Shown here: piece after piece, positions 1 through 3,982 of the stretch
How positions within the stretch are numbered: the stretch's first letter is position 1
Layout: each line of letters starts with the position of its first letter
IMG/VR virus record: IMGVR_UViG_3300045988_042857
Span: 1-6,185 of that record
Direction: 5' to 3' (one strand)
DNA from: a virus
DNA: 6,185 nucleotides
The notes under the pieces: model-generated
The model's input: the letters and a program-made list of their open reading frames with translations, nothing else
What the model was told of the DNA's origin: nothing
The model's database searches: none
Translations under genes and position numbers: made by a program

Positions 1-55
1 AACACGGCCTATCAAAGGGCCGTAGAGGACATGAAAAAAGCAGGCCTTAATCCTA
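1..55. repeat. Terminal redundancy copy 1 (assembly overlap of a circular molecule)
   Basis: AACACGGCCTATCAAAGGGCCGTAGAGGACATGAAAAAAGCAGGCCTTAATCCTA is identical to 6131-6185. Confidence 0.97.
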
Positions 56-447
56 TACTTGCATTCCAAAACGGCGGCGCAAGCACGCCGGGAGGTAGCG
101 CAGGAACGATTTCAGGCGCAAGCATGGGCGCACCATCATCAAGTGCACTGGGAGTAAGTAGGGCATCCGGTTTCGTACCCAACTCATACTCAAGTGAAAG
201 CTGGTCACAAAGTGACTGGTACAACGCCGCACAGAGCTGGAACCAGATGTTAAGCAGTACAGGAATGACACCACTTGGATTACAAGAAACACTGTCCGAC
301 ATCGGCAAAAACACAGGCAACGCAATCAAAGACGCCATAGGAGCAGGAAGAAAAGCAGGCGGAAAATTAAGAGGAAACATAAACAGAGCCAAAGACAACG
401 TAAAAAACGGCCACGGAATCGACAACATCACAGGAAGGAAAAGATAA
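1..447 (+). CDS. VP2: DNA pilot / minor capsid protein VP2, C-terminal part (5' part of the gene is at 5714-6130 across the circular junction; full protein 287 aa)
   Basis: Frame 1 is open from position 1 (NTAYQRAVEDMKKAGLNPILAF...), the conserved microvirus pilot-protein motif. TAA stop at 445-447. The tracked start at 31 is only an internal Met. In frame with 5714-6130 (417 nt = 139 codons). Confidence 0.88.
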   Translation, partial: NTAYQRAVEDMKKAGLNPILAFQNGGASTPGGSAGTISGASMGAPSSSALGVSRASGFVPNSYSSESWSQSDWYNAAQSWNQMLSSTGMTPLGLQETLSDIGKNTGNAIKDAIGAGRKAGGKLRGNINRAKDNVKNGHGIDNITGRKR

Positions 448-450
448 AAA

Positions 451-1470
451 ATGAGCTGTTATAATCCATTAATCCGGATATACAGCCCAGACGACAAAGA
501 AATTACCGGGCAAGTGTATTCACTTGCCCGGTTTTCTGAAAGAATGGGCAAAAAACTGAGATATGAAGATTTGATGTATAACCCACGAGTCATGTTAATA
601 CCATGCGGGCAATGCATCGGATGTAGAATAAAGCAAAGAGAGGACTGGACAACAAGAATTGAGCTAGAGGCAAGACAATGGCCGAAAGAGCAGGTGTGGT
701 TTATCACACTGACATATGATGATGAACATGTTCCAGGAATGATACTCAAAACAGGTGAATTATTAAGAAAAGCGCAATATGTATGGAAACCAGGCGAAAA
801 ATCGCCGGAAAGCGTACAAACATTACTATACACAGATGTACAGAAGTTCTTAAAAAGGCTCAGAAAAGCGTACAAGAAGCAACTAAGGTTTTTCTGTGCG
901 GGAGAATACGGAGAACAAACGGCAAGACCACACTACCATATGATACTATACGGATGGGAACCAACTGACCTGAAACAGCTATATAAAATCCATCACAACG
1001 GGTATTATACAAGCGAATGGCTAGAAAAGCTGTGGGGAAACGGTCAAATTCAAATAGCACAAGCAGTACCAGAAACATATAGATATGTTGCAGGATATGT
1101 GACAAAAAAAATGTACGAAATTGACGACCAAAAAGCAAACGAATACCATAAACTAGGACAGCAAAAGCCATTTGCGTGTATGTCGCTCAAGCCGGGGTTA
1201 GGCGATTCGTATTATCAAGAACACAAAGAGGAGATATGGCGACAAGGGTATATACAGTGCACCAATGGAAAGCAAGCACAGATACCGCGATATTATGAAA
1301 AGATGATGGAGAAGGAAAACCCAGAAAGGCTATGGAGAATCAAGCAGAACAGGCAGAGGAAAGCCATAGAGCAAAAAAGACTGCAGTTAGAAGGACAAGA
1401 CTACAAAACACAGTTGGAAGCAAAAGAGCGTGTTACCAAAAAGCAAACGAAAAAGCGCGGCGTGCTCTAA
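451..1470 (+). CDS. VP4: Replication initiation protein VP4 (HUH rolling-circle endonuclease, Microviridae Rep)
   Basis: 339 aa. Carries the CxxCxxCR motif PCGQCIGCR (aa 51-59). HUH motif I is FITLTY (aa 84-89, nt 700-717). Motif II is HYHMILY (aa 161-167, nt 931-951). Motif III with catalytic Tyr is YVAGYVTKK (aa 212-220, nt 1084-1110). SD AGGAAGGA lies about 10 nt upstream of the ATG. Confidence 0.95.
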   Translation: MSCYNPLIRIYSPDDKEITGQVYSLARFSERMGKKLRYEDLMYNPRVMLIPCGQCIGCRIKQREDWTTRIELEARQWPKEQVWFITLTYDDEHVPGMILKTGELLRKAQYVWKPGEKSPESVQTLLYTDVQKFLKRLRKAYKKQLRFFCAGEYGEQTARPHYHMILYGWEPTDLKQLYKIHHNGYYTSEWLEKLWGNGQIQIAQAVPETYRYVAGYVTKKMYEIDDQKANEYHKLGQQKPFACMSLKPGLGDSYYQEHKEEIWRQGYIQCTNGKQAQIPRYYEKMMEKENPERLWRIKQNRQRKAIEQKRLQLEGQDYKTQLEAKERVTKKQTKKRGVL

Positions 1471-1482
1471 TTGGTGTCACCT

Positions 1483-1519
1483 AGCCCAGTACCTATCAAG
1501 TAAGGTACTGGGCTTTATT
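1483..1519 (+). terminator. Rho-independent terminator-like hairpin downstream of rep
   Basis: Perfect 12-bp stem AGCCCAGTACCT (1483-1494) / AGGTACTGGGCT (1503-1514) with the 8-nt loop ATCAAGTA, followed by TTATT. It begins 13 nt after the rep stop. Confidence 0.7.
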
Positions 1520-1563
1520 CGCGCACACGCGCACGCGTAGACGCGCGCACACGCGCACGTGTA
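1520..1563. repeat. Duplicated alternating pyrimidine-purine (CG/CA) tract, Z-DNA-prone
   Basis: CGCGCACACGCGCACGCGTA (1520-1539) and CGCGCACACGCGCACGTGTA (1544-1563) are 19/20 identical, with the first 16 nt exact. The tracts of perfect Y-R alternation are 1520-1539 (20 nt) and 1542-1563 (22 nt), separated only by GA. The element is very GC-rich in an otherwise A-rich genome. Confidence 0.85.
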
Positions 1564-1601
1564 ATATTATATAACTTGTTGTAGACGTAGTAGTAGAATA
1601 C

Positions 1602-1764
1602 GTGGAAAAGTTGAAAACAGATAAATTTGAACGTTAGAACGTTAGAAAAAGGTAAAAAAGAGCGTTGAAAGATTTGTTGAAAAAATGTTGAAACGTTGAA
1701 ATACTCTGTTGTGCTAAAGTTTAACAATGTTAAAAAGTTGAAAAGTCTGTGGAAACTGTTGAAA
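1602..1764 (+). repeat. Iteron-like array of GTTGAAA heptamers
   Basis: Exact GTTGAAA at 1610, 1664, 1676, 1687, 1695, 1737 and 1758. Degenerate GTKRAAA copies are GTGGAAA at 1602 and 1749, GTTAGAA at 1633 and 1641, and GTTAAAA at 1729. All copies share one orientation. Central spacings are 12, 11 and 8 nt, and 21 nt between the last two. Confidence 0.85.
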
Positions 1765-1794
1765 GAACGGCCAATAAAGCAGGGTGAGCAGTAG

Positions 1795-1885
1795 CGGCAA
1801 AGTCTGACGGAGCGCACCGACAGTCTGACCGGCTTTGCCGGTCTTATCAAAAAGAGCGCCTGCGGGCGAGAGTCTAACGGCGCTC
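1795..1885 (+). promoter_or_regulatory. Cluster of GC-rich stem-loops with three AGTCTRAC(C)GG direct repeats; candidate single-strand (complementary-strand) origin or regulatory structure
   Basis: Hairpin 1804-1823 is CTGaCGG/CCGaCAG. Hairpin 1827-1843 is GACCGGC-TTT-GCCGGTC. Hairpin 1854-1885 is GAGCGCC/GGCGCTC with an 18-nt loop. An alternative 8-bp long-range stem pairs 1795-1802 (CGGCAAAG) with 1833-1840 (CTTTGCCG) and competes with the second hairpin. The direct repeats are at 1801, 1822 and 1871. Confidence 0.55.
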
Positions 1886-1928
1886 CTATCCTAGGGAAAC
1901 AGGAATATATCCTATTTTATAAAATAAC

Positions 1929-1957
1929 TTGCAATAACTTGCAATAAGTGGTATAAT
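1929..1957 (+). promoter_or_regulatory. Sigma70/sigmaA-type promoter P1 (extended -10) for the accessory gene module
   Basis: TTGCAA (1929-1934), a 17-nt spacer, then TATAAT (1952-1957) preceded by TGG (TGn extended -10). The -35 lies in a tandem ATAACTTGCA duplication. It is followed by SD GAAAGGAAGG and the ATG at 1985. Confidence 0.7.
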
Positions 1958-1984
1958 AGAATCACAGAAAGGAAGGTGCTCAGA

Positions 1985-2146
1985 ATGACAATAAAGAGCT
2001 ACAGAATCGAAATGATAAACACAAAAACTGGTAAAAAGGAAGTCCGGCACACGCTGGCAGAAAGTAAAAAACTTGCAAAGTGTCTTATCTGGACAAAAAA
2101 AGATATTATAAGTCAGTGGAAAATAAAAAAAGTAGAAGAAGACTAA
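1985..2146 (+). CDS. Hypothetical small lysine-rich protein (53 aa)
   Basis: Not in the supplied track because it is short. ATG 1985 lies 8 nt after SD AAAGGAAGG (1968-1976) and just downstream of P1. Translation is MTIKSYRIEMINTKTGKKEVRHTLAESKKLAKCLIWTKKDIISQWKIKKVEED, with TAA at 2144-2146. The next gene starts 3 nt later. Confidence 0.6.
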   Translation: MTIKSYRIEMINTKTGKKEVRHTLAESKKLAKCLIWTKKDIISQWKIKKVEED

Positions 2147-2149
2147 ACA

Positions 2150-2359
2150 ATGAAAACTGCAAGATTAACCAAAAACCAGTTGACGAAACTAAAAGAAAAC
2201 GGTAGATTGTGGGGCAGGAAATACTATTACGAAATGGAATTACCCGGAATCGTAAAGTACCACGAAATCTATTACACCGACAATGACCAAAGCAAAAGAC
2301 TCATGAATGATGAGTATGCAAAACACAACAATCTTTGGGAATATAGAAAAATCAATTGA
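2150..2359 (+). CDS. Hypothetical protein (69 aa)
   Basis: The ORF is tightly packed after the previous one, on the same strand as all phage genes. Only a weak SD (GAAGAAG) is present and I recognise no motif. Confidence 0.55.
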   Translation: MKTARLTKNQLTKLKENGRLWGRKYYYEMELPGIVKYHEIYYTDNDQSKRLMNDEYAKHNNLWEYRKIN

Positions 2360-2384
2360 CAACCGGAAATTTTTTTTGTATAAT
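2356..2384 (+). promoter_or_regulatory. Perfect-consensus sigma70/sigmaA promoter P2 immediately upstream of the peptidase gene
   Basis: TTGACA (2356-2361), a 17-nt spacer containing a T8 run (2370-2377), then TATAAT (2379-2384). The -35 overlaps the TGA stop of the upstream ORF. Confidence 0.75.
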
Positions 2385-2405
2385 ACGAACAAAGGAGAAA
2401 AGGAG

Positions 2406-2795
2406 ATGCAGACAATATATGTTGAGACGTATCCCGGGACACTATTAGGCGCAGAACATTTCACAGGAAAAGAGTTTAGATGTAAGGACGGAACAGAAGA
2501 ATTCCTATTCTCTCCGAACTTAATAGAAGTACTGGAATTAATCCGGGAAAAGTTAAAAGCGCCTGTAATAATCAACAGTGGATACAGAACACCGGAATGG
2601 AATAGAAAAGTAGGAGGTGCAAAATGTAGTTATCACATGAAAGGAATGGCAGCTGATATAGTGGTCAAGGGACACACGCCAAAAGAAGTGGCAAAAATTG
2701 CGAACGAAATCATGAAAAACTACGGCGGGGTTATACGCTACACAAATTTTGTTCACGTAGACGTTCGTGAAAAATACTACAGAAAGGGGGTATAA
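2406..2795 (+). CDS. Zinc metallopeptidase, peptidase M15 family (PF08291/YcbK-like D-Ala-D-Ala carboxypeptidase fold); putative peptidoglycan hydrolase/endolysin
   Basis: 129 aa from ATG 2406, with SD AAAGGAG at 2391-2397 and the start downstream of P2. Family signature is INSGYRTPEWNRKVGGAKCSYHMKGMAADI ... FVHVDVR. Predicted Zn ligands are H77 (nt 2634-2636), D84 and H117. No N-terminal signal peptide or TM segment is evident. Confidence 0.88.
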   Translation: MQTIYVETYPGTLLGAEHFTGKEFRCKDGTEEFLFSPNLIEVLELIREKLKAPVIINSGYRTPEWNRKVGGAKCSYHMKGMAADIVVKGHTPKEVAKIANEIMKNYGGVIRYTNFVHVDVREKYYRKGV

Positions 2796-2920
2796 ACAAT
2801 AGCTCTTATCAGCATTAAAGACGTCAAACAGGCAGTCAAAATCATGATGCAGATTCTGGAAAAGTTGGACGAAATCTACCACGCACTGCGGGACCAGCTG
2901 AACGAAAAGGAATAACAAAG

Positions 2921-3148
2921 ATGATTGCAAAATCATGGAACATCAGGGACCAGACCGAAAGAAGCTTATCAGAATTGCTTGAAAAGAAATATAAAGAAGT
3001 CGAGAACGATTACAAGCTCCTCCGAAAGATAAGCGAAATCGAGACCGCAAAAAAGATGATAGATGAAATTTGGCAATGCAAAAATTTTATCAACGCTATC
3101 GAGTTGGAGCTAATCAAGAGAGGATTCTACAATGGGACGTCATCGTAA
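2921..3148 (+). CDS. Hypothetical protein (75 aa), predicted helical/coiled-coil, charged
   Basis: ORF with an AAAGGA SD-like element upstream. No alternative start occurs upstream in frame. It overlaps the next gene by 17 nt. Confidence 0.55.
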   Translation: MIAKSWNIRDQTERSLSELLEKKYKEVENDYKLLRKISEIETAKKMIDEIWQCKNFINAIELELIKRGFYNGTSS

Positions 3149-3254
3149 AGTCATGCGTGGCGGCAAAGACAAAAAAATGTTTAACGTAACCGCGCGAAAA
3201 ACAAAAAGCATCAATTTAAGTCAGAAACCGATGAGAGGCGGCATCAGACTGTGA
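3132..3254 (+). CDS. Small highly basic DNA-binding/packaging protein (phiX174 J / gokushovirus ORF8 analogue), 40 aa
   Basis: Not in the track because it is short. Translation is MGRHRKVMRGGKDKKMFNVTARKTKSINLSQKPMRGGIRL, with 13 of 40 residues Arg or Lys. The C-terminal RGGIRL resembles the RGGIRF-type ending I recall for chlamydiaphage ORF8. SD GAGAGGA lies about 8 nt upstream. TGA at 3252-3254. Confidence 0.65.
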   Translation: MGRHRKVMRGGKDKKMFNVTARKTKSINLSQKPMRGGIRL

Positions 3255-3340
3255 CGTTACTCGCAACAGCAGAAGCATATATGTACATCTGCATTGGAAC
3301 GGCAGCAATTTTAATCGCAATAGAAATCTTAACAAAATAA
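3251..3340 (+). CDS. Possible hydrophobic mini-protein (29 aa from GTG 3251, or 19 aa from ATG 3281); single predicted TM helix
   Basis: Translation is (M)TLLATAEAYMYICIGTAAILIAIEILTK. GTG 3251 overlaps the TGA of the preceding gene (GTGA coupling arrangement). It fills an otherwise non-coding 97-nt gap. Only a weak or distant SD (GAGAGG, 3233-3238) is present. Confidence 0.3.
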   Translation: MTLLATAEAYMYICIGTAAILIAIEILTK

Positions 3341-3351
3341 GAGGAAAAAAA

Positions 3352-3591
3352 ATGAAACATCTGTACTATGGTATCTACGACAACGTAGCGAAGTGCTACG
3401 CATGGGTAGGCGAAAACAAAAGCAACGAGACGTTTGCACGGATGTGCAACGTAATGCAGAAGGACAAGAACACGTTCATCGGACAATCCCCGGCCGATTA
3501 CGTGGGCTACAAGCTGGCACAGTTTGAGGACGAAACAGGCGAATTCCATAACGACAAGGAAAAGGTATGGGAGGGTAAGCCACATGAATAA
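3352..3591 (+). CDS. Conserved microvirus nonstructural protein, VP5-like (79 aa)
   Basis: A strong SD (AAGAGGA) sits upstream. The pattern IYDNVA...F.....N.ETFARM......N.......PADY.GYKLAQFEDETGEF matches the YD..A / A.R.F / P.D..L..LG.FD..TGE pattern I associate with small microvirus nonstructural (VP5) proteins. The gene sits immediately upstream of the scaffold gene. Confidence 0.6.
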   Translation: MKHLYYGIYDNVAKCYAWVGENKSNETFARMCNVMQKDKNTFIGQSPADYVGYKLAQFEDETGEFHNDKEKVWEGKPHE

Positions 3592-3982
3592 GAGATATGA
3601 AGAGGGACGCAAGTCCCTCTTTTCTGCGTCAGGCGAGAAACAGCGTAAGCAGTACGTATGGGCAAAAGACAAAGAAGGCAAAGAATATCTCCAAGAAACC
3701 GAAAGCATCGACATTCAAAGCGAAATCGAGAGCTATGCGGATGAATGCGACATAAAAAACATTGTACGCAAAGCAAGTTTTGACCCTCAGTTTATGCAGA
3801 GTCTTTCACAGGGAGCACTAGACGGAGCAGAAATCGATATTACGGAATGGCCGCAGAACATTCACGAATACCACAGGATGATTTCAACAGCGCAGGCAAA
3901 CGCGCTGGCACTGCAAGAAATGCAGAAAGAAGCACCAAAAGAAGCACCGAAGGAAGGAGAAATGAAGAGTGAACAGGAATAA
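3584..3982 (+). CDS. VP3: Internal scaffolding protein VP3-like (132 aa)
   Basis: ATG 3584 lies 8 nt after the strong SD GGGAGGG (3569-3575) and overlaps the upstream stop (ATGAATAA). The protein is acidic, with the ESYADECDIKNIV motif typical of gokushovirus VP3. The C-terminal KEAPKEAPKE repeat overlaps the VP1 start. Confidence 0.6.
   Translation: MNKRYEEGRKSLFSASGEKQRKQYVWAKDKEGKEYLQETESIDIQSEIESYADECDIKNIVRKASFDPQFMQSLSQGALDGAEIDITEWPQNIHEYHRMISTAQANALALQEMQKEAPKEAPKEGEMKSEQE
3599..3625 (+). terminator. Terminator-like hairpin inside the 5' end of the VP3 coding region
   Basis: AGAGGGAC (3601-3608), GCAA tetraloop, GTCCCTCT (3613-3620), extendable by A-T and G-U pairs to 3599/3622, followed by TTTTCT. 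It begins 8 nt after the VP5-like stop. Confidence 0.45.

Noticed and set aside
783-968. 61-aa + strand ORF embedded out of frame in rep (possible phiX174-style overlapping gene)
   Set aside because: There is no SD before ATG 783. The product is a basic low-complexity peptide without a TM segment or motif, and its length is within chance expectation.
1104-1111. A8 homopolymer inside rep motif III (YVTKKM) as a programmed frameshift or phase-variation site
   Set aside because: It simply encodes Lys-Lys in an A-rich genome, and no alternative-frame ORF of note follows it. A frameshift there would destroy the catalytic motif.
12-1171. Minus-strand ORFs 12-431, 53-325, 459-875 and 860-1171
   Set aside because: They are antisense shadows of the well-supported VP2 and Rep genes. 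No SDs and no recognisable motifs are present, and the low-complexity composition is typical of the reverse strand of A-rich coding sequence.
1602-1764. CRISPR array interpretation of the repeated GTTGAAA units
   Set aside because: The repeats are only 7 nt long with 1-47 nt irregular spacers, far below CRISPR repeat and spacer dimensions. There is no repeat palindromicity and no cas context.
1515-1850. 111-aa minus-strand ORF spanning the long intergenic region
   Set aside because: It starts at a TTG with no SD and is extremely Phe-rich only because it reads through the TTTCAAC complement of the heptamer repeats and the CG tract (RARVRASTRARVRE). All genuine genes are on the + strand, as expected for Microviridae. 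It is a repeat-generated artefact.
1790-1890. tRNA or other small RNA gene in the structured GC-rich block
   Set aside because: I could not fold a cloverleaf: there is no 7-bp acceptor stem closing a 70-90 nt unit and no T-loop GTTCRANYC or D-loop signature. The hairpins are better explained as an origin or regulatory structure.
2307-2405. Longer 162-aa version of the peptidase starting at ATG 2307
   Set aside because: That start lies inside the upstream ORF and upstream of the perfect promoter P2 (2356-2384), which would be inside the coding region. ATG 2406 has a proper SD, and the M15 domain begins right after it.
3524-3583. Longer VP3 starting at ATG 3524 (152 aa)
   Set aside because: There is no SD before 3524, and it would overlap the VP5-like gene by 68 nt. 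ATG 3584 has a strong GGGAGGG SD at ideal spacing and the typical ATGA-type junction with the upstream stop.
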